This document shows positions 14,332-28,900 of a stretch of 64,000 nt of DNA, one piece after another (the stretch's first letter is position 1; each line of letters starts with the position of its first letter). Under the pieces are notes generated by a model that was not told the DNA's origin, ran no database searches, and saw only the letters and a program-made list of their open reading frames with translations. The translations under genes and the position numbers were made by a program. The stretch is taken from NCBI GenBank assembly GCA_965112155.1, contig OZ218102.1, one strand, 5' to 3'. This stretch comes from Podarcis liolepis. Lineage: Eukaryota.

Positions 14332-15718
14332 GGAAGGCTACAGAAACTACCTTGTTCAAAATTCTTAAAATAATTTCACAAGCACTATAAATAGTTGTGA
14401 AATATATTTTGCCTTCGTAATCTGAATCTGAAATTATCGGTAATTATTGGGGAGGGGATGAATTTGTAAGAAACTCTGCAGGCAGTTGTCTTCTTCATCA
14501 CAAGCAATATTATGGCTTCTTGGATATCATAAAGGTATTGGAGACCCCATACCCCTCAGAGAGGTACAGTTTCCAGAGTGATTTAACAGTCAATCCCTCT
14601 TCCTAGAGAACTCTGAGAATTGTAACTCTCCCGTGGAGAAATATAATATCTTGATCAAGAGAGAGAGGGGGGAACATTTTCTGGCCAGAAGGCCAGATCT
14701 TAATCTCCCCACCCCTGGCAGGCCAAATCTGATTGTCAGGATTGGAAGCACAGTGCTGGGGCTGTTTGAAAGCCCTTTTGCAAACAGCTCTGCAATCCAG
14801 AGGTTCAAAGCGCAGATTTTAACATTAGTTTCAAATGGAAACTGTTTGCCAGTCCTGGAGCAAAGCATACTTCCAGCACCCATCAGCACCTTGCTTCAGC
14901 AAAGAAACAATTTGGATTTCACCTTAAGCTCCTGATAGCTCCTTTGAAGTCCTGTTGTTGCCTGCCTCATGCCTGGTATCCTGTGTGATGGCAAGTGCAG
15001 GACCCATGGGTGTGACTTACCCAGTTACAGACTTGCAGGCCAAGTGGGGAGGCCTAGTGGCCAGGGTGCCCCACACTGATTTTGAGATAGAGTTTTGCTA
15101 TAAAAAGTCAGTCATCAACAGAATGAGTTGCTTTAGAATTGTATCTATCTTTTCTTGACAACCTTTGTTATAATTCCATTTCTTTAGAAATTTCACATTA
15201 GAACAGCTGTTCCTTTTTTACTATCATTCTAAGGCCAAATGTTACACCATGCATTTTTGTGGTGAATAAGTAAATTAAATATAAACCAGCAATAATTGCA
15301 GCTATTAATCTATGGGATTTGAAGCCTGAGATTTACTTAATATGATATGATTTTAGTGCTTTGCATATCAATTGTGTTTTCACATACCTTTTGTTTCCCT
15401 CCACATTATTTAGTCCTATCTCTTCAGTCTTCTCAACGCCTTAATTTTGCTCTAAAAAGAATAATTAACACATGTTATCTTGTGGGTGATTAATTAAAGG
15501 AGTGAGCTTTCAGTTCAATACTGTTGTCATGTTGCTTCACTGCTTTCCTGAGCGTTAACATCTGGTTATAACATGGCATACTGGCATTGTTTAATTTTTG
15601 CCCAGTTTTTTTATATATCATTTCTCCTGACCTCACGAGGCGTAACAGGAAACAAAAATATGTGCTTTATATTATTCCGTTTTTACTTTGGGAAAAAAGG
15701 CACTAGTTTTCTCAAACC

Positions 15719-15878
15719 TAGGGCTGCCATATTTCAAAAAGGGTAAATCTGGACACAAAAGTTATCAAGGTGATGGTTTGGCTTAAAAAAATGTAGTTTT
15801 TAAGCCAAGCCCAGATTTCCCTGGACATTAAAGAGATTATCCACCCGGGGGCGCTGTTTCCAATGGATGGCAGCCCTA
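15719..15878. mobile_element. hAT-type MITE (TAGGG termini)
   Basis: TIR tagggctgccat/atggcagcccta; 8-bp TSD ctcaaacc/gtcaaacc. Confidence 0.75.
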
Positions 15879-16252
15879 GTCAAACCGTATCCCTGGCAAC
15901 TCTAAGGTTCCAATTTGAGACTTATCAGTAGCCTTGGGTTCATCTTATGCCCTTGCACAGGTGAGGAGCAGGCCTGATTGTACTAGGTTTGTGGTGGTAG
16001 CTTGCAAGTAGTGGTGTGTGGACAGTGGTTCAGCTGCATTATGGCCAGGGAAGGCCATGCCCCAGGAGCCAGTCAGTGGCACCAGTGGGCTCTAAGGGCA
16101 GGGAGCACACCAGAGGGATAAATGGGTTTCCTTCTGCACCATAATTGTGGATCTGATTCTGGGGCTTTTGGATTGCTGTCACCAGTCTCCCCACTCACCC
16201 TCCCTATATTAGATGGTTTTAATTATTGTTATGGACAGGTGTTGCCCATATG

Positions 16253-16256
<4 letters not shown>

Positions 16257-16285
<29 letters not shown>
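16257..16285. repeat. (AC)n microsatellite
   Basis: Direct reading. Confidence 0.95.
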
Positions 16286-16287
<2 letters not shown>

Positions 16288-19252
16288 TGGAAAGTAAGCC
16301 ATGGGACTAGCTGTCCATGAAAATGCAAAAGTGTACAGTCTCCCCAATTTGGTTGGGGAGCAAATCGCAGCAGAGGAATGGGTAGCAGGGCATAGATGTG
16401 ACCAAATGTAGTCATGTGTATTTCCATTTTGCTATAATTTGGAGTGAAAGTGGCAGTGGCTGAACAAAAAGGCAGTATTGTTTTAAAAGAGAGGAATTCC
16501 AGGATATAGTAGAAATACCGCATTTTGAACTTTGATCTAAGCTTGTAAGACACTTTTAAGAAGGTATAGTTTCATGAAATTCTTTCTGATTTTGCAATAA
16601 AAATGATATCAAGAAGTTAAGGGGTGATACAGTTTGTCTATGTCACTTTAGTAATGCATTGCACTATTATTTTGCTTTTATTGAGTCTGTGAGGACTACT
16701 GTACTGACCCATCACCTTACCTTCTCTGTGGACTCAGCAAAATGTTGCTCAGGGCCTGAAGACTGCTGAAAATTTATCATTTTATCAGCAGTGACGGCCA
16801 TCAGTTGCTAACCATTTCTTTTTCTCCTTTTAAGAAAGCAAGCTTGAGTCAAACTAGCTGCTTAAAGCAAGGAGGGGGACGAATAAACTCTCATCAGTCC
16901 TTTTGTGCATTGCAGCCTTCCTCACAGGGTCATTCTTAATTTTAGTTCTAATATACTGAAGGGGCTCATAAAACGAATAGGCTTTCCTAGTCAACATTAG
17001 CTCTACTAAAGCAGATGGCAAATTCAGATGTTTCCAATCACAGTTTCCGGCAAAATATAATAGCTTTTAAAACAAAATCACTTTTCTCCCTGCAGGAACT
17101 GACAGCTTGATGTATATTTTCAGTTTTAAAAGCTACATCTGCTGTCCCAGTATTTTTAACACTTTGACATTAGTGCCTTGTCTCACACATATAGTTGTAA
17201 GTAAATTTGTTCCCACATTTAGATGTTCTTTATACTCTTCTTTTTGCCTTGCTTTGACCCCACTTAAAATACCACTTGTTTCCATCCTTGTATTGTGACT
17301 ATCTTGGTTGTCCTGATAGGTGGTTTTCCGGCTATAAATTCCCGATAACAACTTCTTCTTTTGAGTAATCTTATTGATCCACAAGGATGACTCATCTACA
17401 AGTGTATGTCCTCCAAGAGCAAAAACTAAACACAGTATATGTATTTTACAAGTGTCTGGATGATATTTACTACTTTCAAATTCTGAGTTCCACATGCTCT
17501 CCTTGTTTCAACTCTGCTGAGATCAGGTTTCTCCCAATCCTGCATTATAAAGAGAACATTGGAACCTGCTGTATTTGCAGGTTGAAAATAAGAGTAGTAT
17601 TGGAGTCGTACTTTGTGTTCTTGGATGTTTGCTTCACTGAGACATGATTCAGGCAGCCACATAAAGGTTTCTGGCCATGTAGGATTGGGTAATGGCAACA
17701 TGGGACCCTAAAATATCAGTGGCTTAAAGCCCAAGTGCATAGAGGTAGTTCTACATTATCATATGTTTTATGTGCATTTATATTAGGGGTGTGCATGTCC
17801 AACGTTCAAGAGACTGCGATCTACTCCCACAATAAAGAAACTGGCAGTGATCTAGCTTTTTTGGGAGGGGGGCAGGGGTCAGGATCCTGCAGTCGACCGT
17901 GATCGACCAAGGACACCCCCCCCCAAGATCGACCTGTAGATCGTGATCAAACTGTTGGACATCCTAGAACTATAAGATTCAGTTCAGACCCCAATTTGGC
18001 ACATCAGAAAACGGTCCAAAGCACTTGGGAGGTTGCCCAGTTCAACTTGGGGCCTAAGTCCTGATCTGCTTTGGCAAAGCAAGCAAACAAACAAGGCTTT
18101 GTCTCCCCTCCTCACCCACTGCAATTTACTGTTGGGACATCTTTAAAAAGCTATAACTTTTCTCCCTTTTGGTAGAAGTAGATGGAAGTTGCAGGCATAC
18201 TAGCCCCTCAGGAACAGATTAAGCCTGCCAAATAAGTCCAGGGGTATTACAGTGGGTACCTTGGATGTTATTGTGTGTGTTTTTAAATGAAATGTCTATA
18301 ACTTCCCCCTCCCAGCAGAATTGCATAAAATTTGTAGGCATAGTAGCCCTTCCTTGTAAGATGAAGCCTGCCAAATTTCAAAAGTATAGCTGCTTTGTTT
18401 TTCTGACAAGGGCGGCATTTACTGTTTTGTGGTTGACAATTCTTTCCTAATCTAGTGTTTTGTGGGCAATTGGCCCCTCTCCCAGCAATGCTGTTTAATA
18501 TACCTTAGTCTTTCCTTTATACAAAGGCTAGCATTGCTAGCTTCACTTTTATCAGACGCTTGTCTGTAGTTGGGGAGAGGGGTCATATGGCTATGGGACA
18601 TTGACACTTTTAAACACAAACCAAGCCAATACCTATGTAACCTTCCCAATTCCTAAGCATGGCTGAAGAAGTGGGCCACAGGATCACAAGCTCCTCTCCT
18701 CCGGCCTCTTCCCTTTCTGACATAAATTCACCTCACCGCCCTCTCCCTTGCCACCGAAAACTTTGGATATCAGTTCCCACCTTAGCTATGCCTAATACTT
18801 ACCAGGATTTGAAATTAACCAATTAAAAAAGATGGGGATCATTTCATCAGCACTAGCCCCCCCCCCTTTGTTAGCCTACACATGGCGTTGTTTGTTTCAG
18901 TTGACAACCCACACAGCCTGGTTGCATATATGGATTAGTTTTACAACAGTCTGTATTTTGGAAGATGCATCGCAGGGCAAAAAACAGCAGAAACAGAAGC
19001 ACATTCCATCTATGCTTTGGTCCACTGCCACTTCTCTTTCATCTTGACAATTCGGTGATTAGGTCCTGATTGATTGCATGTCTATGCAAACAGTGTTAGT
19101 AGATCGGTTTTCATTATTTGGAACACTTGGTTAAAGATGCCATATCTTCAAGAGATAATTGCCGATGAATTGAGTTAATCTAACAACAGTGGCTGCAATC
19201 CAGAATGTCCCATTAGGCCATTTGTCAGCACTTCTGCACATGTGGTAAATGG

Positions 19253-19253
<1 letters not shown>

Positions 19254-19284
<31 letters not shown>
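19254..19284. repeat. (CA)n microsatellite
   Basis: Direct reading. Confidence 0.95.
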
Positions 19285-19286
<2 letters not shown>

Positions 19287-21840
19287 CGTTTGAAACTCTT
19301 CATGCTGCGTCAAAGGCTGTTCCTGAAGTTCATCCAAGTTTTGCAAGCAGTTTATTGAATGATGCGGAGGCTGGAAAGTTATCAAACATGCTTTAAAATG
19401 TCTGAATCATTTTTTTTTTAAGCAGCTGGCAACTAAAGGTTGATGGAAGGCATACCTTGGGAGGAGGGAGTTCCGACCTGGGGTGTCATTACTGAAAAAG
19501 CCATCTCCTTTGTCATAAGAAATGTCACCTGTGATAGAGGTGATGCTTCAAAAAGGTCATTGGTAAATGATTATTTGTATGTGGGAGGCTGATCTGGAAG
19601 GAGATTTCCCTTCAACTAATATGCTAGCTGGGACTGATGGTACTTGTAGTCCAAATCTCAGGAAAGTCCCAGGATGGTGAAAGCTGATTTAAATTCTAGT
19701 TAGTGTACAAATCAGAATCTGAAATCCTGGTTTGATACCGGTTTGTTCTTGCTAGTTAGAGTTCAAACAAACCACAGTTCCCAAAGTTTAGATATAGTGG
19801 AGAGATATTGTTTGTTTGAGACTAGAAGTGCAAACGTCTGATTTATTCTTCTCAACTACAAAAGAAGAGGAGAGAGGAGGCTTGCCAGAGCTCATTCACC
19901 TAATGAGAGACCATGGGCTGTACACAGCACCCCTGAGCCACCCCATGGCTATAATCCAATGGTCTTCAATCAGGCTAGTCCACCCTGGGACAACCCAAGG
20001 ACCGCCCAGCCCTCCACAGATACAGTTCTAAATTAATTTGGTGATGGGGCTAATGCTTAATTAAGTTTTTTTATATAAAAAAACAAGTAAACATACAGCT
20101 GGCAGTGGGGCAGAGAAAGGAGACATGTCTCCTCCTCATTATAGGGGGAGGGGAATCAATTCAGGAGGGTGTTCCATTACAAGAGGCGTCTTTCCCACCC
20201 CCACCCCCTTCTCATCCAAACTTTTGCCTTCATAGATGTGAACAAGAAGCCTATGATGAAGCTTTAGAACGATTTGGTATTTTTAAGCACCTTTAAAACA
20301 TGCCTCAGTTTAGCTATAAATTTGCACCCGAAAGATAATGCCGCTCCTTATTTTGACAGTTGAGGTGAAGTCTGACACAGAGGACATATAATATTTCTCA
20401 ACATTCATTCATAAAAGAATTGTGAAAACATCTGCGTATTTATGTCTGCCACATAAACAAAAGAAAATATATAATGCTATTAAGATCAACTGTAGTCCTT
20501 TCTCTTTTCTGACAGGCATATCACTTCCCTTGAGGTGTCATATCTTCCCTTAATGAAGTGACAAAAATATTTACCTTCAGGACAAATTATAGGAATAACA
20601 AGCTCCCTTCCCTTGTGTTAAAAAGGACTTGTGCTTGTTATGTCATTCGCTGAGCTTAGGGTTGCTCTGGTGGTCCCGAAACAGATAAACATTATTTATT
20701 TATTTTTACTAACGTTTAAAGATGTATTAGAAAACACATGAGAAAAACAAATTACAGACAAAACACATGATAATTTTTTAATAAATTGATTATTTATTTG
20801 TGTTCAATATTTCTTTTACTATAGTGGACAGTAGTCTTCATGTCAATCTTTTAAACAATTTTGAAACAAATGTTTTGAACAGATTTTATATCTGTATATG
20901 GTTTTAATTGTATCATGTTTAATTATTTTCACATAATTCCACCCCCCCCCCCGTGTTTTTAGTGGTTCTTGTTTTTATGTGTAAGCTGCCTTGGGTCCCG
21001 TCAGGGGAAAAGTGGGGTAATCATCATCATCATCATCATCATCATCTTCTTCTAGCTTGCTAACATTAATACACCATTCATTTCCCCCTCATAATGATAG
21101 TGTATGCAATAAAAACATCAAACCTGTTTGTTTCCTTAATAGTGGTGTACCATAACTTTTTTAAAAAAAATCTGTGCGAGTCAAACGGATGATCTAGCCA
21201 AAACCCTTTATATCCTATTAATTTAAATGGGAGGGATTTAAGTGCACTGAACAAAATACCCCACTGAATATGAAGCAGACCCATTGAAAGGAAAGGACCG
21301 AAATTAATCAGGGCCGTTAATTTCAATGACTCTACCCTGAGTTCATTGAAGATGGCTCCAAAATTATTCTGCTTTCCCCCACATCCTGAATGCTGCTTTT
21401 GTGAGTCTGAATGAGAGTTGGGGAACCTCAGGCCTTAGAAGTGTGATGATGCCTTTTCCTTGCCTGCATGGAGGATGAAGTGTGTGTTTGTGTGCTTGAA
21501 ATATAGCCTACTACTCACATCCATTGTTCTGTCCACTTTCCCCTCTGGCCCCAACCACCACTCAAGTGCATTCTCCAGAAGGTTGTCCACAAGGGAATGC
21601 AGCTCTTGGGCTGAAACAGGTTCTCCACCCCTAGCCTAAATTTCACTTGAAGCCATGAAGCTACTAAAAATTAATTTCTGATATTACAAATGCAGAAAGC
21701 AGTCAAACTGATTATCATAATGCCCATGAGATTAGTTTCTGTATTGATTACAGAGGCCGCAGCGAGTGCTTCTCAGTATACATGATTGTCTCAGTAATTT
21801 CTCTGCCTTCTTTCTCCCCCTTCTTTTTTGAACCTCTCAG

Positions 21841-22056
21841 GCAAATGATAAAGATACGGGCAACTACAGTGCCATGCAGTACAGACTCATCATCCCTCCA
21901 ATCAAGGATGGCAAGGAAGGTTTTGTGATCGAACCTTATACGGGGCTGATCAAAACTGCTATGCTCTTCAAAAACATGCGGCGATCGTATTTCAAGTTTC
22001 AGGTCATTGCTACAGACAACTATGGAAAGGGGCTGAGCAATAAATCAGATGTACTT
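21841..22056 (+). CDS. PCDH15: PCDH15 internal exon (last cadherin repeat)
   Basis: Long pyrimidine tract + ctctcAG|, |GTaagt donor; 216 nt phase 0 to 0; [72 protein letters not shown] (AxDxD motif). Confidence 0.97.
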
Positions 22057-24040
22057 GTAAGTATGCATTCGGGGGCTTGTTCTTGCTGCAAAGTTTATTA
22101 TAGACGACATTGGGCTACAGGCATTCACCCTCCTTGTAGTTTTTTTGTTATTCTGATTTCATACGATGAGGATACAACAGCTAGTGTTGTCAGGCCTTCC
22201 TAAGTAGCCCATCAGTGGGTCTTTAAATCTCCTATTCCTGTTGCCTGCCTGGGACTGAAGGGGACTGACTTCCACAAATCTGCTTATCAGGTTGTCAAAG
22301 ACTAGTGCCCTAACGAATCTTGTGTACAGCACCCAGCAGCGTAAAAGTTCCCTGTCCAAAGTTTGTTTGCGAGTTGTGGAGGATTGCATTAAACTTTGAA
22401 AACACTTGACCTGAGGCCTTCCTCTCCCTGTTTCCCCAATTCTCTGTAAAGCATTGAGAAGTCTTGGGCAGTCTAGTAGGGTCTCTGTCCTCAAGCGCAG
22501 AGGAAACGTGTGCCCAGTCACTTCTTTCAACTTTCAAAGACAACTCGCCAACATTACCCACAAGGGGTTAGAGCAGAAGCAAGAATCATAGAGTGTGAAG
22601 GTCACTGCTTTGTGGTAGTTTCATTGTGCATCCAGCCATGGCAAAAGGGAGCAACTGAGTCATGCAAAGATGTCATTTCACTCATCTTTATTCCACTCAC
22701 TGGCAAGCTGGATCCAGCCTTGAGATTTTGAATCTGATATTTCACTGTTTGAGACGTGTCCAAGGATGAAGTTGATGGCACAAAGTACTATGTTGGTCAG
22801 ACTCAAATTGCAGCACTCAGAGGAAGCACTCAAGGAGAAGGGGAGCGTAGCCCCTGCTACTTAGTTCAGAACTATTTTGCATCAAATAATCTCATATCAC
22901 TTGGGCTTTCTGGCAGGCAGAAGCTCCTCTTGTTTTCTCCAAAGCTTCCACTTCCGCCAAAGAACATGAGATAACAAGCTTCCTCCCACACCAAGCTTTC
23001 TGCATCCCTATTCAGGAATAGGGAAAGGTGAAGTGGCTGTTGGGAAACACCAAGACCATCACCTCTCCCCCAGTGCAGCGCCGTCCGGGATGATTCATCA
23101 CTCTTGTGTCCCATCGTGCTGATGTGACCCATATCCAAGGACATGAGTGCACAACACTAGCAGAGTCCAAACAGAAGCTGAGCTTTGAGGTGTGACATCT
23201 AAGCCTAATTTATTATGTACAAAATCAAACATAACAGAACAAAGAAAACATGGCTCCCCTCTCTCTTTCTTCCACGGAGAGAAGGGAAAAAACAAAAGCA
23301 ATACAGAAGAGAACAGTGTATCTGAACTTCCGTTCCCCATGACATCCAGCACTGTGGAATGTAAACACAGACGTGTGACAACAACAATCACACATCTGCA
23401 GCATGGAGGAATGAAATTCCCAACAGTGTCAACCATAAATAATCAAACCTTGTGGACCCCTGTTCCTTCAATTTTGCAGATCTAAGCAGCATTTATTCTT
23501 TATTACAAACCTGCTGGTGCAAATGGGAGTATGTAGAGCGCAAGTGTTTATTATTTGCTTTAAAGAACAAATTGAAATAGTGTTAAGAAATGTCTTTAGG
23601 ATTTATTCTGCAATACAGTAGATGATACTACTTCTGATTACCAAAGCCACTACTATGGCTTCCATTATTGCACTATCTCAGTGGAGGGGTACCTGGCCAC
23701 TGAATGGAAAGGTTGTATTCTTAAATCTATAAAGACTTAGATAATACCATCTCTTAAAAACAAACAAACTAGAGTTGTCCTTTTTAAAACACTGCATGTT
23801 GAGAATGACTAATACACCAACACTTAACTGCTTTAGAGTTTCATTTAGTAGATTACACTGAAGTTTGCATTTGAGTTTAATAGCATTCGGATGATTTGCA
23901 CATGTATCTGCATGTAATTATCTAGTACCTCTGCATATCATTTGTAGTATTACCTTTTTATCAAACTCTTGTGCCAGGTATGTGGTACTTATGAAGTTCT
24001 CTCAGTGTGCAGAAGGGGAAGCAACTGATTTTCAAGCAGA

Positions 24041-24160
24041 AGGGCCATAGCTGAATGGTAAAACTCATGATTAGAATGCAGAAGATTCCAGGTTTGATCC
24101 CCAGCATCTCCAAGTAGGGCTGTAAAGACATATGCCTGAAATCCTGAAGAGCAACTGTCT
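24041..24160 (+). mobile_element. Diverged Squam3-like tRNA-derived SINE (partial)
   Basis: gggccatagctgaatggta (A box)...ccaggtttgatccccagcatctcc (B box)...gcctgaaatcctgaagagc. Confidence 0.7.
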
Positions 24161-25261
24161 GTGTCGAATCATAGAGTTTGAAGGGGGGGGGGCTTGTTAG
24201 CCAATCAGCAGCTCATTGTAGGAAATCCAGAGCTAGAACATTCACAACAGTTCTTCTCCCAGCCTTCTCCCAGTGCATTTACCATGAAGCTCTGAATGGG
24301 GATTCTAACCCCATCACCTTGAAGGTTAGAATCCTCCCCACATTCAGAAACACTGCAGGTTACTTATCCAAGGAGGGATTTTTACTGAATTCAGCTAAAG
24401 TTCATTGCCCCTGCATCCCCATCACAGCTGAGCCACTGACTTTATTTTGAATGCCTGAAAGTTTATAGTTCCCTAAGAAGTGCACATGTATGGTATGTAT
24501 GTTTGCAAACACATTGTTTCTACCCTTTTCATGCTTATGTACATAACCATGACTGACAGATGGAACTTCCTGTATTGTAGATTATATGCTTTACACTATA
24601 TTTGTATGCAAAACTGATTGATTTATCACTGAATGGACATTTGTTGGTAGTACTGTAGGCCCTTTATGATTTGTCTGCTGTGCCATTAATACTGTTTACC
24701 CTTAACTGCCCTGGCTAGTTTGCGAACACTAGAGGAGAGAATTCTCTCATATTTCTTTTCTCAGTTCAGCAACTTGATTGCTTCCCTTTCACATACAGGC
24801 CAGCAGAGAAAAACAAGGCTCTGTGTGATAGAGGAAGAGAGAAGTTTGCCCTGCTTGCTTGGAGTTTTCTCTGCTTGTCCATTTGAAAAAATCATTCAAG
24901 CTGTTTTCCTTCCCTCCTGTGATCTTTGAAACCAGCGCTGTACCACTTTTGATAAGGAAAGAAAAAACTACACACAGCTTGATCGCTTTTTCAGTGTACA
25001 TGTGGCTAAACTCTCACTATGCTTGCTTTGTCTCACATATAGGGGACAAAATATGAGCTGAGATTTCCTATCACTGTTTGCCTTGCTGTTAACAGGTTGC
25101 CTTTGCTGTTCTGAGAAATAGAGCTCGAGGGGAGACAGTTACTAGTTTTGTCTCCAAAAAGAAAGAAAAAAGCACTATCTTTGATACCTTTGTGCTTCAG
25201 AACCTTTACGTGTTACCCAGTCAGTTTCTCAGGTGCAATTTGGAGACTTAATTTCCATATA

Positions 25262-25490
25262 CGGTGGTACCTCGTTTTATGTACTTAATCTGTTCATAAC
25301 CGGAAACCGCTCCTAACATGAGGCGCGCTTTCTCTAATGGTGACTCCCGCTTCTGCTGCTCCGCTGGAGTGCAACTTCCGTTCGCATTATGGGGCAAAGG
25401 TTGCAACAAGGGGCATCTACTTCCAGGTTAGCGGAGCGTGTAACCTGCAGCATTTGTAAGGGGGATAGTACGTAACACGAGGTACCACTG
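25262..25490. mobile_element. Tc1/mariner (pogo/Tigger-like) MITE
   Basis: TA-cggtggtacctcgt...acgaggtaccactg-TA. Confidence 0.85.
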
Positions 25491-25864
25491 TAAGTGGGCA
25501 CAGTGTTGCAAATAGGATGGCCATGTGCCCTTCTTTATAAATGACAGTCCACGTTTTGTTGAAAGCGACCTTGCCCAGTCAACAGTCTTTCCCACTGTGG
25601 TGAGAGGTGTATTGTATTTCTATTCACATTATGGTAACTAAATTTGAAGCTATATGTATTGATTAGCATATGTATTCCCCCCACCAATTCTGTTTCTTCT
25701 GAGCTTTTTCTTTAGTGATACATTTCCTCTCAGTGTTTCTGCATCCCTGCTCCATATAAATGGTCCTTACAGGTGCAGGTGGAGAATCTCACCTTGCTCC
25801 TGTTCTCATTCTGAGATAATGTATGTTTTGCAAGCTCAAGTGTATCTTTCTTTTCTCTTTCCAG

Positions 25865-25953
25865 GTCTCTGTAGTCAACCAGTTGGACATGCAAGTCATT
25901 GTCTCCAATGTCCCTCCTACTCTTGTGGAACAAAGCAAGGATCAGCTTATAGG
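25865..25953 (+). CDS. PCDH15: PCDH15 internal exon (start of membrane-adjacent MAD12/PICA domain)
   Basis: ttttctctttccAG|...|GTaatg; 89 nt phase 0 to 2; VSVVNQLDMQVIVSNVPPTLVEQSKDQLI(G). Confidence 0.96.
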
Positions 25954-28900
25954 GTAATGAAATGTGTTCATTGTCTAAACATCTTATAGAGTCAAACCCT
26001 GGAAAGTACCAGTGGTTAAAATGTTACTGTTCAATATTTCCTGAAACATCAGTGCAATAGGCAATATAAAGCTTAGAAAGAAGGGAGAAACTGAGGGAGA
26101 AGATCTAAGGCACAACATTTTGAGTTTCACTTTTGCTATTTGTGGAAACCACTTCCATTTTGGTGTGCTCTTGAATACCTCACTGGCATTTCATTTGTTT
26201 TGGTCTGTCCATTTCAGCTTGCCAGGTGGAACAATCTCTCCTCTCTCCCCCCCCCCACTGTTCTATGGGTTTCCCCAGTTCTCCATCCTCCAAGCCAATT
26301 TTGAACCCCCAGGGAGAACACTATGAACTGCCCTGAGACCCCCTGGGTATAGGGCGGTATATAAATTCCATAAACAAATAAAACACCGGGGGAGGAGAGA
26401 GGGCAGAAAGCCCCCCCAGCACTAGCAGAAGGCCATTCTACTAGCAGGACTCATAAGTTGATTCTGACCCTTGGTACAGATTTTGTTTTTAAATCATTGC
26501 CATTTAATGAGGAAACAGTATGAAATGGACTTATGAATAAGCACGTGCAAATTTGACATGAATGAGAAATAGATTGAGCCATCCATCCCTACTTGGAAGG
26601 GAATCAGAAAAGGTAGCAAGTACACCAGGAAATTCCAAATATACCCTCACCTTGCTGACCCTGCGAAACAAATCCCACAATCCAGTCTTTTCAGTCAATT
26701 AATTACATTTATATAAATGTGGTTATTATCAAAATCTCTCAATACATTCTTTTTGAAGCACTGAAGGCAATGTAAGATTACTGTACTTAAAATTTTCTTC
26801 TTTAACAAAAATAGCACTCCTTGTTAAAAACCATCTTCCATTTTTATTCTTTCCCTATTATAGTAGCACATCAGAACAAAATGAACCTCAAACAAATTAA
26901 AGAAATGTGCTCTTAACCCACAGTTCCCACGTATTAAAATTGATCCTCAGTGATAAATAAAGTGCAGATTTTTTAATTAATGCACTGATTAAACCAACAA
27001 CAACTTGTAGCCCTACTTAAAGGTATTATAATTTTATGATTTATTTCTATGCCAATAATTATTTTACTCATTCTTCAACAAAGCAACAATAAATTAGACC
27101 ACAAGGAGACCAATTGCCTCTGGTTAACATCTGTGATGAAATCAAGGAGACTACTCTTTAGCTTATTTACTATAAAAGCACTGGTGATCATTTCCCATTT
27201 CAATGCAGATATGATGTTTTGGCTGTGAGACCAAAGATCATTTAATTTTAGAAAGTATCTCATTCTGGCTATTGTTCTGTTACTATAACAGGATGCACAC
27301 AATAGTCCTTCCCATCTTCTCCACAATCCATCTTTTAACAGCTTACTATTTTAAAATGTTTATTCATAAAAAAATTGAGTTGTTTGACAGTGCCGGATTA
27401 CCAAGTAGGCAGAGTAGGCACTGGCCTATGGGCCCCATGCTTTCTAGGGGCCCCGCAACAATGGATCAAAATAATATTGTGTAATAAAATGGAGTTATTA
27501 AAATTGTTGGTTGGTAAAATCAAAAGCGTATTATGAGACATGGGAGTAGCCAGTCATATGCGGAGATATCTGTGCTGCTTATCACAAGAGAGCCCACCTA
27601 TTTGGAACGCTCACCTAGCACTCCAGGAAGAAAGCACAACAGCAACACAGGTGTGGTGTTAACAGCTTTAAGTGTTGTGCTTTCAGTACTCAGGAATTAA
27701 CATGTCCCTCAGCAAGGGAAATGCAAAGGTGACAGATTGCATGAAGACTGTGTGTACAACAAATGAGTAACAGAAATTCATCCATCGCTCACAAAACTGC
27801 AGTGCCTATGGTCTCAGCACAGTGGGCCTAATCCAAGCATACACAACTGAAATAGCAAGTTGTTAGCAGATTGACTCATGCTTAATTTACATGTGCACAC
27901 ATAACATAAGTGTTGACAGAAGCACAACGATGGGGATCTTTCATCTGGAGACAGTGGTTTCATTCTAGTGGTTATTGCACCATGTCACTGCTGCTTGAGA
28001 AATGTCAACACCCGCCTTGCCTGCTTGGAGGAGTTAGCAAGAGTCCATAAAGATCTAATTACATGTGTTTAAATGCTTGTGTACAAAAAATGGCAGATAA
28101 TTAATAAAATGGCCTTGCGGCTTGAGATGTAACTACAAAATTTGAAAACATCAATATGTTATTTTAACTAAGAAAAGGGTACATGTTTATGCACACTTGC
28201 TCCTAAACTATGCATTTTTATATATCACCTTCATGGTTGCCGAACTGTGTTGGAAAGTTAGGAGAAGTATTTTGCTACACATATTGTTTTGAGAACTGCA
28301 AATTACGTAACCAAAATGAATTCTTCTCCATCCCAACCAAAGGGGTGAATTAGAAGTGGAGTACAAAATGACTCAGTTACCCCACTTGGCTCAAAAGGTC
28401 ACCAGAATTAAATTTACGTTTGCAGCTATGTTTGCAGAAACCTGTAGATATGTTAGTGTCTTCATCTTGGCTGTTCAGGCTAATGTAAATATTGCTGGCA
28501 ACTCAGAAATCCATTTTTGTGTTTGTGCCTGGGCATTTATAAGCAAGAAATATTTTCCCAATTATGGACTGACCTTCCTCCCCCTTCCCTCTGCATTACT
28601 TCTAAAGGTATGTTTATAACAAAAAATGAAAATACACAATTTCAACACTTGGGAGTTAAAATTAGGTATTATGGCTGCCTGTGACTTTTACAATGAGCTG
28701 TGGTGCTGTATCCTATGACATTTCATAAGGCTTTACAATATCTATTTTGGAATGAAGAATTAATATCTTCAAATCCTTATCTGACATACGTATGCTCAGC
28801 CTTTGATCCTCCACTGGGATTCCTGGATTCTAGACAGCATGGTGAAGATCTTGAAGCAAATCTCAATATACAGTGTTAGGGCTTTGTTGGGTCTATTATA

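Noticed and set aside
18661-18695. ctgaagaagtggg, a possible extra hammerhead
   Set aside because: No stem II closure or GAAA box.
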